A stretch of 64,000 nucleotides of DNA from Polyangia bacterium (GCA_050287845.1 JBNKCR010000098.1:32001-96000), one strand, 5' to 3'; counted from the stretch's first letter, positions 36,828 to 47,584 are shown. Made by a program: numbers and translations. Notes: a model not told the origin generated them from the letters alone.

Positions 36828-39782
36828 CTACCAGACGACCAGCATCAGTGGCTCGGTGAGGGGGTCACCATTCAGGGAGAGCGTGATGGTTCTGGATTCA
36901 GGGGTGCATTCAGTGAGGGATACGGTTTGCAATACGTTGGCTGAAATGTTTTGTACTAGCGCAATCTGTTGATCATTGCAGCGAATCTGTACTGTTGCCA
37001 CATCCGCGGATGTCTGAAAATACAGCGTGGTGGCATTGGACATCGGCAGCGTCATTCTGGGGCCTTTAATCATCGAAATATGTCGCCTGGTTTCGGGGTG
37101 AATCAGAACACTTCTTCGAGATGTGAGTGCATTGATTTCCCTGAGCAGAGTCAGACCGTTGGGAAGCGGCTTTTTGTTCGCCATTTCAAAGGCGATTTCC
37201 CGTAAAACCTTATGACCGGCAATCTTTACCAGGGCTTCGGCCAGCTCGGCGCGTCTGTTTGCAAACGGTTCGGTTTTCAGATGACCCAGGATAGGGGCTG
37301 CTGCTGCCTTCGATGACAGTTGAGCCAGCGCCCTGGCGGCATTCTGACGCAACAGATAGTTATTCAGCAGTTCGATGAGGCTGTTTTCTGCCTGTTTTGC
37401 ATCCGCATCTCCCAGACGACTGATGGCTTCGCGCCGGATGGCGGGGGTGACGGCCCTGGCATTGGCAATGTCGATGACCGCAGAAATGGCGCCTTTATCC
37501 CCGCGGGCAAGTCGTGTGAGCTGTACGCGAATCCATGGGGCCTCCAGGGGAGACAGCTGGGACGAAAGAGACTGCAGGTGGGGAAGGGCTTTGTCGGGCG
37601 AGCTGGCCGCCATAGCCGACCACAGCCATCCAAGGCAAACGGGGTCTGAAATGCTATCGAATGGTATTTCGGGCAAATCAGTTCGCCAGTTATCGTGAAT
37701 CAGCTCCGCTGCCTTCTGTCTCACCACCGCCGGGGTATCATCAGTGAGGTACGGGATTAGCGCTGCAGTCACCGCATCATCTCCGCCCATGGCTTTTTGC
37801 AGCACGTCGGGCCAGCCGGTGGCGCCCTCAGCGGTGGCAACGGGTCTCAGCTCGGTTTTGGCGTGCATGGTTTCCCAGGCGGCTATTTTCTGTTTCAGCC
37901 GGGAGACCAGTTGAGGGTTCTGGTCGGCGATTGAAATGGTTTCATTGGGATCTTTTTTCAAATCGTAGAGACGCGCCAGCCCCGATGCCTGGTCCCAGAT
38001 GAGTTTATGGGAATCGTAGACCACCATGCGCCTTTCATGGAGCTGGGAGAACGCCGCTTTTTTTTCCGTATCGGTGCCCAGTATGAGACCGGTGAGGTTC
38101 TGGGAACGGACGCGGGCGGGGACAGGAATGTCCACAATATTGAGTACTGTCCCCATGAGGTCCACCAGATTGACCGGTTCGTCAACGATCCGGTGAGACA
38201 CTCCCGGCACCCGGATAAGCAACGGCACACGCGCCTGCTCGTCATATAACGTGGTGCCGTGATATCTGCCCCCATGGTCATTGAATTCCTCACCATGATC
38301 AGCTGATACAATCACAATGGTATTGGGAAAATATTTTTCAACATATTTAACGAGGCGCTCAATCTGCTGATCCGCAGTGTGGATTTCGCAGTCATATCGT
38401 TGCTCGTCACTGTTGCCAAAACGCGTGCAGTTTTCTTTGTAAGGCTCGTGGGGTTCAAACAGATGTACCCAAGTAAATACCGGCGCGTTCAGATCCTTTA
38501 CTTTTTCAAGAAACTCGATCGCCTGGTCCACTTTCTGATCGGCGGTATAGCGGTATTCCATTTTCAGGTAACCGAATCCGTATCCCTTTTTTTCAAGCGG
38601 TGCAAACTTTGTTCTGTCGACGAAAAAGACAGAGCGGGTAAAGAAACCACCGGTGCGATACCGGAACCTTCGCATGATTTCCGGCCAGGTTTCCTGATCT
38701 GCGGTGACCTGGGGAAGCTCGAACAGTGGTTTGATATATTTTCCCGTCAGTAGCGATGCAACCGCATACGAAGTGTGAGGCAATGCCGTGTATGCGCGGT
38801 TGAACACAACACTCCGGGTTGCCAGCCCATTCAGGGTGGGGGCGACCTTGTCGGCAGTGCCCGGACGCAATCGATCATAGCGCATGGCATCCACTGTAAT
38901 CAGTACCACGGATGCCCCCGGAAGCTTCAGCTGAGATGGTTCATTAACGGGGGGTGACGACGGATTGTCCCCGGACAAAGTGTCATCCAGCAACTTCTCT
39001 TCAGGGGGAGGCACGAGAGATTTGGCGAGAAGTACAATGTCACTGCCAGTGGCGGTTTTTTCGCCGAGAACAAAGCGGATATTCTGAGTCTGCCGGACCA
39101 TGATCAGCGAAACGACACCTGCGCTGAGAACTGCCGCGGCAATCAATGTGGTCCCGGCAATCCATCTGGGAGGTGGCCTGCCGGATGAATCGCGACTGAA
39201 GCGGTTTTGTGATGAGATGACCTGCAGCGCCGAAAACGCCATGAGCATCCAGGCAAACAGGGAAGCCGCCATGTGGAACGGCAGGTACAGCCGAATAAAA
39301 AGCAGGATGTCGGCGAGGGCAACTGCGACGCCGGCCACAACACTGGCCAGCACAAATACTATGCGCCATTTGGGAGTTCTCACCGCGGCCACGCCAGTGA
39401 TGGCATAGCCGGATGCCACGCCCGCGAGCGTACCGAACAGGGCGACCAGAACCGAACGCGCCGGGATAGCGGATGCCTGCGGCCCCCGGGTGAGCAGCCA
39501 GAACAGGGTGATATACAGGGGGGACGCCATCAGGGCGACAATCCATGGGCGCCAGGGCTTTCTGATACGGCAGACCGCCATGTCCAGAATGGCAGCGAGC
39601 AGACCCATCAGCGTTCCGGCTGCGGCGCAGATGGCCAGGCTGTACCCCATGGCCAGAAGCATTTCGGTTGAACTGAAAAACATCTCCCGGCCTGATATAA
39701 ATAAGGTGGCGATGTCAAATATCCCAAGAATGCTGCCGCTGATACTTCCAGCGGACAGCCACATTCCAATTTTTTTTATCAT
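36828..39782 (-). CDS. Multi-TM sulfatase/alkaline-phosphatase-superfamily protein with C-terminal HEAT repeats
   Basis: About 6 TM segments, LITVDAMRYD, PHTSYAVASLLTG, HLFEPHEPY, SADHGEEF, then HEAT repeats. ATGA overlap with recG. Confidence 0.85.
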   Translation of the reverse strand: MIKKIGMWLSAGSISGSILGIFDIATLFISGREMFFSSTEMLLAMGYSLAICAAAGTLMGLLAAILDMAVCRIRKPWRPWIVALMASPLYITLFWLLTRGPQASAIPARSVLVALFGTLAGVASGYAITGVAAVRTPKWRIVFVLASVVAGVAVALADILLFIRLYLPFHMAASLFAWMLMAFSALQVISSQNRFSRDSSGRPPPRWIAGTTLIAAAVLSAGVVSLIMVRQTQNIRFVLGEKTATGSDIVLLAKSLVPPPEEKLLDDTLSGDNPSSPPVNEPSQLKLPGASVVLITVDAMRYDRLRPGTADKVAPTLNGLATRSVVFNRAYTALPHTSYAVASLLTGKYIKPLFELPQVTADQETWPEIMRRFRYRTGGFFTRSVFFVDRTKFAPLEKKGYGFGYLKMEYRYTADQKVDQAIEFLEKVKDLNAPVFTWVHLFEPHEPYKENCTRFGNSDEQRYDCEIHTADQQIERLVKYVEKYFPNTIVIVSADHGEEFNDHGGRYHGTTLYDEQARVPLLIRVPGVSHRIVDEPVNLVDLMGTVLNIVDIPVPARVRSQNLTGLILGTDTEKKAAFSQLHERRMVVYDSHKLIWDQASGLARLYDLKKDPNETISIADQNPQLVSRLKQKIAAWETMHAKTELRPVATAEGATGWPDVLQKAMGGDDAVTAALIPYLTDDTPAVVRQKAAELIHDNWRTDLPEIPFDSISDPVCLGWLWSAMAASSPDKALPHLQSLSSQLSPLEAPWIRVQLTRLARGDKGAISAVIDIANARAVTPAIRREAISRLGDADAKQAENSLIELLNNYLLRQNAARALAQLSSKAAAAPILGHLKTEPFANRRAELAEALVKIAGHKVLREIAFEMANKKPLPNGLTLLREINALTSRRSVLIHPETRRHISMIKGPRMTLPMSNATTLYFQTSADVATVQIRCNDQQIALVQNISANVLQTVSLTECTPESRTITLSLNGDPLTEPLMLVVW

Positions 39783-42217
39783 CCGGACTCTTCTCCGATT
39801 GGTCCATCGCCTGCAAGGATGCGCCGCTTCAATTCGGCGCCGAGAGCAGCAAATCGGTCACAGGATAATTGCGGTGACACGGCCAATATATCTGTGGCAT
39901 CCTGTCTGGCCGCCAGCAGCAAATCCATATCTCTTTTAAGATCGCCAAAACGGAATCCGGGAAGACCGGCCTGTTTGCGGCCGTACAGCTCTCCGGGACC
40001 CCGAATCTGAAGATCCTGTTCTGCGATATGAAATCCATCGTTTGACGTCGTCAATGTTTCAATACGTTGTTGGCTTTCGACAGTTTCAGGCGCGCCAACC
40101 AGAATACACGCGCTTTTTTTATGGCCTCTGCCCACCCGGCCGCGCAGCTGATGCAACTGTGCCAATCCGAATCGTTCGCATCCTTCAATGACCATGAGCG
40201 TGGCGTTGGGGACATTCACACCGACTTCAATGACGGTGGTACAAACCAGTACCCCCAGTCGATTTTCGATGAACCGGGACATGGTTGTGTCCCGTTCATC
40301 CGGCCCAAGACGGCCGTGGAGCAGTCCCACCGTATGTTCGCCGAATCTATCCGCGTAGTATTGATACATGTTTTCGGCATCGCTCACGTCGAGAACGTCA
40401 CTTTGCTCGATGATCGGGCATACCACGTAAACCTGATCGCCACGGGCGAGCGCATCGCGGACGTGTTGATTCACGGTGTCCCGCTCTTCATTGCTGCAAA
40501 AGAGTGTTTCAATGGGGGTTCGCCCGGCGGGTAGCTCGTCCAGTATAGAGATGTCCAAATCGCCATGGACAGTTAACGCCAGGGACCTTGGAATGGGGGT
40601 GGCAGTCATGACCAGCAGGTGAGGGGCCTTTCCCTCCGGAGCCTTTCCCTGCAAGCCCAGTCGTTGGGATACACCGAACCGATGCTGTTCATCGACGATC
40701 GCAAGCCCCAGATTCCCATAGCAAACGCCCTCGCTGATTAATGCATGGGTGCCAATAGCCACCTGCACAAAGCCATTGGCAATTTGCTCAATAAATTTCT
40801 TTCTGGCGCTGCTGCGCGCATTGCCCATGTGAAGCGCTGCCCGGATTCCCAGCTTTTTGAGAGCCGGATATAGCGTGCGCATATGCTGCTCTGCCAGAAT
40901 TTCGGTGGGGGCCATCAATGCAGCCTGATATCCGGCTTCCACGCAGGCGATAATTGCCGCCAGGGCCACCATGGTTTTCCCGGAACCCACATCGCCCTGC
41001 AGCAATCGCCGCATGGGGGACCCCAGAGCGAGATCTGCACGGATTTCTTCGATTACGCGCTGTTGCGCCAATGTGGCTGCAAACCCAAGGACATCGGCAG
41101 TGCGCCTTACCAGGGTCGCATTGGATGCGAGAATGGGAGCGCCACCACTGCATTCACTGGATTTACGCAGCCCCAACGCCAGTTGAACATATAGAAATTC
41201 GTCGTACGCCAACCGTCGGTGGGCGGGGGAATCACCATTCACCCACGCATCCAGTCTGGCAATGTCGACATCTTCGGGAGGCATATGAACCAGACGGAGT
41301 GCGTCGGAGAGTGCAATCAGTTCATGTTGAGTGACCAGGGATTCGGGTACGGGATCATGTACATATGTATGGATGTTTTCCAATGCGCTTCGAATGGCTT
41401 TTTCAAGGGTGGCGCCAGGAATTCCGGGAATTTCAGGATAAACGGGAACTATTCTGCCCATCGCGTTGCTCTTTTCACCCTCGCACGCCACGGAAGGATG
41501 GGCCATCTGCAATGAATTGCGATAGTTCCCCACCAATCCGGCCATCCTCATCCTCTGACCTTTGATGAATCGCGATGTATTGGGCCGTTTACTCGAAAAC
41601 CACATCCCGAAAATCCGATGCCCGTCATCGCTAATTTCCACCTGCATCATTCTTTTCCAGGGTTTTCCGAAGACAGATACTCTCTCAATCACACCTTCTG
41701 TCATCGCACGCATGCCGGGTTGCAGTTCGGAAATCGGTTGCACATACCGACGGTCTTCGTAGCGACGCGGGAGCATGAACAGAATATCGAGGGGGGTGTT
41801 CACACCGAATGCCTCGAGCCGGATGGCGGTCCTGGGGCCAATGCCTTTCAGCGCCACCAGTTCCTGATTGGCGCGAGACGGCGGTGGCATGGAATGGGCC
41901 TCGCCAGTTGGGCGATCGTCGGAACGACGGGTGGGGGCTACCTGCAGTTCGCCGGCATCGCTGAGTTGAATGGAGAGTCCTGTGAGATATCGTTGGGCTC
42001 TGGCCAGAATCACTTTGCGATTGGTCCCCGCAAACGATGTGCTATTGCCGATGGCCTCGATACATGCATCCAGTTTTTTCTGATCGGTGCCGACAATGCT
42101 TTTCAATACCACGAGCAACGGCCGGGTAGATTCAAGATTTGCAGGATCTTCGCCTCCCATCAGCGCGCCGGCGATAGATGCCTTCAGAGTAGAAATGCTG
42201 TAAGAAATACTATTCAT
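39779..42217 (-). CDS. recG: ATP-dependent DNA helicase RecG
   Basis: LLQGDVGSGKT, DEQHRFG, MTATPIPRSL, QLHQLRGRVGRG, RGPGE. Confidence 0.96.
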   Translation of the reverse strand: MNSISYSISTLKASIAGALMGGEDPANLESTRPLLVVLKSIVGTDQKKLDACIEAIGNSTSFAGTNRKVILARAQRYLTGLSIQLSDAGELQVAPTRRSDDRPTGEAHSMPPPSRANQELVALKGIGPRTAIRLEAFGVNTPLDILFMLPRRYEDRRYVQPISELQPGMRAMTEGVIERVSVFGKPWKRMMQVEISDDGHRIFGMWFSSKRPNTSRFIKGQRMRMAGLVGNYRNSLQMAHPSVACEGEKSNAMGRIVPVYPEIPGIPGATLEKAIRSALENIHTYVHDPVPESLVTQHELIALSDALRLVHMPPEDVDIARLDAWVNGDSPAHRRLAYDEFLYVQLALGLRKSSECSGGAPILASNATLVRRTADVLGFAATLAQQRVIEEIRADLALGSPMRRLLQGDVGSGKTMVALAAIIACVEAGYQAALMAPTEILAEQHMRTLYPALKKLGIRAALHMGNARSSARKKFIEQIANGFVQVAIGTHALISEGVCYGNLGLAIVDEQHRFGVSQRLGLQGKAPEGKAPHLLVMTATPIPRSLALTVHGDLDISILDELPAGRTPIETLFCSNEERDTVNQHVRDALARGDQVYVVCPIIEQSDVLDVSDAENMYQYYADRFGEHTVGLLHGRLGPDERDTTMSRFIENRLGVLVCTTVIEVGVNVPNATLMVIEGCERFGLAQLHQLRGRVGRGHKKSACILVGAPETVESQQRIETLTTSNDGFHIAEQDLQIRGPGELYGRKQAGLPGFRFGDLKRDMDLLLAARQDATDILAVSPQLSCDRFAALGAELKRRILAGDGPIGEESG

Positions 42218-42243
42218 TAAAGAAAAAAGCAGAACTCCGAATA

Positions 42244-42714
42244 CTAAAATTCCACTTCTATTATTTCGACAACCCGGCTTCCACCGGGAGTTCGGATGGT
42301 CACTTCATCGCCCACTTCCCGACCGATCAATGCCCTGGCGATGGGAGAGCTTATGGAAACGCTGCCCCTGTCAATATCCGCTTCGTCATCTCCCACAATT
42401 CGGTAAGTGGTTTCTTCTCCCGTATCTACATTTTCCATGGTCACCTTCGCACCGAACAGCACCTTGTGACCGGACAGTTTTGATACATCGATGATCTCCG
42501 CCCGTGAGATTCGATCTTCCAGGTATTCGATGCGCCCGGCAATCAGCGACTGCTGTTCCTTGGCAGCATGATACTCGGCATTTTCAGACAAATCGCCATG
42601 GGCACGCGCTTCTTCAATGGCTTTCACGTTGGCCGGGCGTTTCACTGTTCTGAGTTCTTTGAGCTCCACCTCGAGCTTTTTCTTGCCTTCCAGAGTCATT
42701 GGATATTTATCCAT
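42244..42714 (-). CDS. greA: Transcription elongation factor GreA
   Basis: ARAHGDLSENAEYHAAKE, SPIARALIG. Confidence 0.97.
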   Translation of the reverse strand: MDKYPMTLEGKKKLEVELKELRTVKRPANVKAIEEARAHGDLSENAEYHAAKEQQSLIAGRIEYLEDRISRAEIIDVSKLSGHKVLFGAKVTMENVDTGEETTYRIVGDDEADIDRGSVSISSPIARALIGREVGDEVTIRTPGGSRVVEIIEVEF

Positions 42715-43088
42715 ACATACCTCCTCTCCGAAACCGGCAGCGTTATAACAAATAAATTGTCCTGCGTACAGAGGGCGCGCCCAAATAGGTGATCGAGGTT
42801 GTTTGTCGCGCCAAAATCGCCAATTATCGACAAGTTACGCAATCACCTTCCCAGGGAAATACCGAAGAATGATTTTTCCTTTCACATTCCCGCTATTGTG
42901 TTGTTTTTCAAAAGAGGTTTAACTTGTAGTCAGAAAAATGGGATTGGAAACTCTAATTATAAAAAAATGAACAGATTTTTCCACCTATTGGGCCATAACT
43001 GCACCACTACCGACAGAGATTCGGAGTGGTCCACTAACTCTGTATTATTACAGAACTGTGAAGCGAAACGTTTGAGGTACCCGTTTTT

Positions 43089-44117
43089 ATGACATTGGCA
43101 AATTTGTATCTTTCCAGACCCGGCACACGGCTGCCAGTGGATTGTTACGATAACGACCGAATCATTGAACTAGTGAAAAAGAACTATCGTGGCAGTAAAC
43201 TTGCCTGGGTGGCCATTGAGGCTGCTATCATCAAAATTCTCGGTAAATGCAGCACGAAAGTAAGATATCTCGATTTTGATCCCTGTTCCCGGGTAGCCGG
43301 TTATGCCGCTGATGCGGCGCGGGATTGCATCGCAAAAAATAACGCCGATTTGAATGATATTGATATGGTTATTTTCGGTGGGGTTGCGAGGGAGTATTTT
43401 GAACCGGCAACGGCCATGGAAGTCTGTACCAATCTGGGTATCACTGAAACCCACGCCTTTGATGTGACCACTGCATGTGTCGGTCATCTGGAGGCGGTGC
43501 AGGCGGCATGCGCGTATCTGACTTTGCACGATGACTATCAGACCGCTCTGGTGGTCACCGCCGAATTGACCCGCGAGTTTCTTTCCTTTGATATTCAGTC
43601 TTTACGTGATTTACAGTACAAAGTGGCCGGGCTTACCATCGGAAATGGTGCTGCGGCTTTTCTGGTAAGCAAGCGGCCATTCGCGAATGGCAGTCTGAAA
43701 ATTGTATCTACGGATACATATTCCATACCTTCTCATTGGGAATTGTGCCAGGTGCCCATCCATGGAACGTTCACGTCGTCGTCGACTGAACTCATGAAAC
43801 TGCACAAGCATATTATTCCAAGACTGAAGGTGTTGTTTGAAAAGTTGGGCTGGGAGCCCAATGATGTTTCACACTACTGTTTTCACCAGCCCAGTGAATT
43901 CATGACTCAGAAAGTGCTCAGTAAAGTTGGTGCCGATTTGGAAAGAGGCGTTTACACCCACCATCTCTACGGAAACAATGCCAGTGCGACCATTGGCATT
44001 GTCATGAATCATCTGCTGTCACAGAAGGAATTGTCATCGGGAGAAAAACTGATGCTGGGAAGCGCTGCATCGGGATTTACAATGGCAACAATATCCGGAA
44101 TCTGGATGAATTCATAG
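43089..44117 (+). CDS. FabH/OleA-like thiolase-fold condensing enzyme
   Basis: Cys-His-Asn triad (FDVTTAC, FHQPS, YGNNASA) plus OleA-type REYFEPATA and LTIGNGAAA. Confidence 0.85.
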   Translation: MTLANLYLSRPGTRLPVDCYDNDRIIELVKKNYRGSKLAWVAIEAAIIKILGKCSTKVRYLDFDPCSRVAGYAADAARDCIAKNNADLNDIDMVIFGGVAREYFEPATAMEVCTNLGITETHAFDVTTACVGHLEAVQAACAYLTLHDDYQTALVVTAELTREFLSFDIQSLRDLQYKVAGLTIGNGAAAFLVSKRPFANGSLKIVSTDTYSIPSHWELCQVPIHGTFTSSSTELMKLHKHIIPRLKVLFEKLGWEPNDVSHYCFHQPSEFMTQKVLSKVGADLERGVYTHHLYGNNASATIGIVMNHLLSQKELSSGEKLMLGSAASGFTMATISGIWMNS

Positions 44118-44190
44118 GGTTTTCCCGGGGAGCCATGAATCCTTCAGTAGTGTGTGAAGTTAAATTTTGACCAGAAAGAAAAGAGAAGAG

Positions 44191-45006
44191 ATGATGGTGA
44201 CTCGGAACATGCATGTTGCAACAAAACTACTTTTTACTGGCTCTCTGCTTTTTCTGACATCTATGTTGGTATGCTGTGGCGCCACCCCTGAAGATGAAGA
44301 GAACAGCAGCAGCGGAGATTCGGATTCTGACACGGATTCCGATGCCGATGGGTTTGAAGCGGCAGAGGAAGTTGGTGATTTGGTGGGGAGAACATTTGTT
44401 CTGGATGAAATTGGCATCAATCAGTGGATTTCACCTCCGGGGCTGGGCAAGGAACTGGGGTCCTCCGTACCCCCCATGGCATTTCAGATTGTGGAAGCCG
44501 GAGACGGTAAACTGACCGCAATTCTGGGGGTTTTGGATGGCAACGAGCAGGATGACTGCAGTGCGAGCGTGGAAATCGAAGGAACCATTGACGATGATCC
44601 GGATTTTACCGACGATGTCGCGTTTTCGTTTGATCCGGTGGAAATGAAGATGGTTATCAGATATGACGAGTATGTAACCATTGCCAATATTCGCGATCTG
44701 ACGCTCTCTGGCTATTTTACGGATGGCGCTACAGGGTATGGATTTATCGATCGGAACCCGGGGCTGATTGCCACCGTTGATTTCAGGGATATCGCAGTGC
44801 TGTTTTCCGGTAACGTTGACGATCCCACTCCGGATAATATGTGCGAAAAGCTCAGTGAGTTATATGAAGGCGCTGAATGTGAGGATTGTCCCCACGATGG
44901 GGAGAAGTACTGCGTAACGCTGGAGGGGGCGGTGATTACCGCTGAAGCGAAAGCCATTAATCTGGACGAGATCGACAATATTAACGACTCGTGTGTCGAG
45001 GATTGA
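44191..45006 (+). CDS. Acidic Cys-rich hypothetical lipoprotein
   Basis: Signal ending LVC-C, short DS/DT linker, C-terminal CEDCPHDGEKYC. Start uncertain (44167/44191/44209). Confidence 0.75.
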   Translation: MMVTRNMHVATKLLFTGSLLFLTSMLVCCGATPEDEENSSSGDSDSDTDSDADGFEAAEEVGDLVGRTFVLDEIGINQWISPPGLGKELGSSVPPMAFQIVEAGDGKLTAILGVLDGNEQDDCSASVEIEGTIDDDPDFTDDVAFSFDPVEMKMVIRYDEYVTIANIRDLTLSGYFTDGATGYGFIDRNPGLIATVDFRDIAVLFSGNVDDPTPDNMCEKLSELYEGAECEDCPHDGEKYCVTLEGAVITAEAKAINLDEIDNINDSCVED

Positions 45007-45063
45007 ATCTGTAACCCAATACTTCATTCATGATGGATGAATCACATGGGAGGCCAGATCTGC

Positions 45064-46071
45064 ATGGCAAAGTTAAGTGGATATTTCGCGATTGCTATCT
45101 GGGCTGTTGTTTTCAATATCGGCTGTTTCGAAATTGTGGCACCGGATGCGGAGTTGCCTGACGGTTCAGAAATTTCAACTGAACCCGGCGCCTCCTGCAA
45201 CTGTTCCGTTGACAAAATCAGCGGACGTGTGTTCCGTTTTACAGAAATGAAAGTTATTGAGCCGGAGTCCATTCGGTCCAGTCTGGATGATTTATGGCGA
45301 TGGGAAATCTCCAAGTATCTGTTGAATGTGCTGTTTGTAGTTGAAGATGCCAGCAAGTCTGACGCGGACAGCGGTGGTTTCTCTGATTTGCGTTTTACGG
45401 TGGGGCCGGGATGGCGTAAATCAAACGGAGAGCGGGACCTGGATGACCTTTTTGTCGTAGGAACGATTGATGAAGATGAAATCGATAACTATTGCCTACT
45501 CGACGAGAAGCTGAATGTGGACGTTCAGATGTCCTCGATAGACGCGGGTGAGTGTAACTTTGTGAATAACGAGAGCAAGGCTTTGTATTTTCATATTGGG
45601 AATAAAAGCAATCCATTGATGTGCGCGCCTCTGCTCGAACCACGGAACACCACTCCCCTGCATAATCTTCAAGTACTTTTTCATCTCAATGAAGACTGCA
45701 GTAAACTTGTTGATGGCTACCTGGACGGATGTCTGCCGCAGGAATCTGTGAACAAGATTTGTATGTGTGGAACGACAGGATTATGCACCAGGGATGGGAA
45801 TGAAGACGAAGAGCCGTTCCCGGAAGCGAATGATGATGGTGAGTTCGAGACGACGGACTTGAGAGACTACTGTACGAACACCTGTGGCGTATATAACGAT
45901 GAGACCGGACAGGGGTGGACATCATACCGGGCGCTCATGGACACGTTCAGCAATGAACCCTCCTGTATTGCGGAAAATGGCCAACCCGGATACCGATTGA
46001 GAGCCAGTTTTACCGCAGAAGACATTTCTAAAAAGTATTCCTCAGATATGTCGGTATGTGCGGATGAGTAG
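45064..46071 (+). CDS. Cys-rich hypothetical lipoprotein
   Basis: IG-C lipobox, many Cys (CNC, CMC, CTNTC); GGGAGG RBS. Confidence 0.75.
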   Translation: MAKLSGYFAIAIWAVVFNIGCFEIVAPDAELPDGSEISTEPGASCNCSVDKISGRVFRFTEMKVIEPESIRSSLDDLWRWEISKYLLNVLFVVEDASKSDADSGGFSDLRFTVGPGWRKSNGERDLDDLFVVGTIDEDEIDNYCLLDEKLNVDVQMSSIDAGECNFVNNESKALYFHIGNKSNPLMCAPLLEPRNTTPLHNLQVLFHLNEDCSKLVDGYLDGCLPQESVNKICMCGTTGLCTRDGNEDEEPFPEANDDGEFETTDLRDYCTNTCGVYNDETGQGWTSYRALMDTFSNEPSCIAENGQPGYRLRASFTAEDISKKYSSDMSVCADE

Positions 46072-47572
46072 AGTCCAACTAAAAATCCCACCTGTAATGT
46101 GCTTTCTTCAAGCTCCGGGGATTGTCGGTTTTATTTTTGGTGTATGTGTTTTCGCAATCGGTACGCCGGTGTTTGGAGCCGGTATTTCGCTGGGAGATCA
46201 GGGAGCGGTGGCTGCAGGGCGAAGTGGCGCATTTGTGGCGAAGGCCGATGATTTATCCGCCATCGAATATAACCCGGCGGGGCTGGCAAGCCAACGGGGC
46301 TGGCGGATTTATCTGGGAAATCGCTTCGGCTATGCAAACGAGCGATACAGGCGAAGCACAATCTGGGACTACAGCGAAGGCCGTGTGCAGAATTTTGATG
46401 AGGTATCCAACCAGAAACCGTGGCAGCTGCTTGGCCCGATGATTGGCGTGTCAACGGATTTTGGCCTTGAAAACTGGGCGTTTGCTCTGGGAGCGTACGC
46501 ACCCGCGGGCATTGCGTCTCAGCGGTTTCCTGCTGATGGTGGACAACGGTATATGCTCACCAGCCGGGATACAAGAATACTCTATTACAACTTGAGTGTG
46601 GCGTGGAAGCCCAACGATGTCTTCGGTCTCGGGCTCAGCCTGCAGTGGGTGGATCTCGCCCAGCTCGATTTGCGTCTGGTGGTGAATGGAGATATCGCAC
46701 CGGCGTCGGTAACACCCGTTTCCAACCCTTTTGATATGGAAGCCCGGATTCAGGGGGCTGATCACGTGGGATTCTCGGGAGTCATTGGGATGTGGCTACG
46801 CCCGGTGCCTTCATTTCAGATGGCGTTTTCAAGCCGCTTTGTCCCAACACCGTTGGAAGCGGATGCCACTTTGTCATTGTCGCCCCAGAATCCGGATATC
46901 AATAGTGCCACGGAAATCACAAGAGATGGAAATCCGGACAATAATGTCACTTTTTCCATGATCCTTCCCATGGAATTCAGACTGGGGTTCCGCTACATTC
47001 ATTTGCGTGACGGGGTGGAGCGCTTTGATCTGGAACTGGATATGCGACTCGAATTGTGGTCTCAGATGAATCAGTTCAAAGTGGATGGTGAAGGCCTGGA
47101 TGCGTCGATTGAGGGGATTGCACAGCCAGTCGCCATTGGTACGATCACGATTCCCAAAAACTGGAAGAACACCTTCAGTGTACGATTGGGCAGCGACGTC
47201 AATGTGGTGGAAAATCGGCTGGCGCTCAGGGCGGGCGCGTTCTTTGAGACCGCCGCGTCCCGCTCGGAGTTTTCGTACGTGGATTTTCTGGCGTCTCATC
47301 GGATTGGCGTGAGTCTTGGCGCTTCGGTATTTTTCGGGAATTTCCAGCTGGCATTGTCATATTCTTACATCGTGGAGGTGCCAGTTACCGTTGCCGAAAG
47401 CGAAGGAAAAATATATCAGCAGGCACCGGGCAGTCCCTGTGATGGCCCGGATTATAATGATAGCAGCTTTTGCGATGAACACTATATCGGTCAACCCTCT
47501 GCAACTGTGAACAACGGTACATATATCAGTACTTACCACCTCAGTTCACTGGCGGTGTCCTACAGGTTTTAG
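46058..47572 (+). CDS. FadL/OmpP1/TodX-family outer-membrane transporter
   Basis: GRSGAFVAKADDLSAIEYNPAGL (NPA hatch motif), WKNTFSVRLG, C-terminal Phe. Confidence 0.88.
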   Translation: MRMSRVQLKIPPVMCFLQAPGIVGFIFGVCVFAIGTPVFGAGISLGDQGAVAAGRSGAFVAKADDLSAIEYNPAGLASQRGWRIYLGNRFGYANERYRRSTIWDYSEGRVQNFDEVSNQKPWQLLGPMIGVSTDFGLENWAFALGAYAPAGIASQRFPADGGQRYMLTSRDTRILYYNLSVAWKPNDVFGLGLSLQWVDLAQLDLRLVVNGDIAPASVTPVSNPFDMEARIQGADHVGFSGVIGMWLRPVPSFQMAFSSRFVPTPLEADATLSLSPQNPDINSATEITRDGNPDNNVTFSMILPMEFRLGFRYIHLRDGVERFDLELDMRLELWSQMNQFKVDGEGLDASIEGIAQPVAIGTITIPKNWKNTFSVRLGSDVNVVENRLALRAGAFFETAASRSEFSYVDFLASHRIGVSLGASVFFGNFQLALSYSYIVEVPVTVAESEGKIYQQAPGSPCDGPDYNDSSFCDEHYIGQPSATVNNGTYISTYHLSSLAVSYRF

Positions 47573-47584
47573 AGCGGATAAAAC

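Noticed and set aside
36099..36830. tRNA-Gly as an integration site of a genomic island
   Set aside because: No integrase follows, and I saw no duplicated 3' end of this tRNA in the window.
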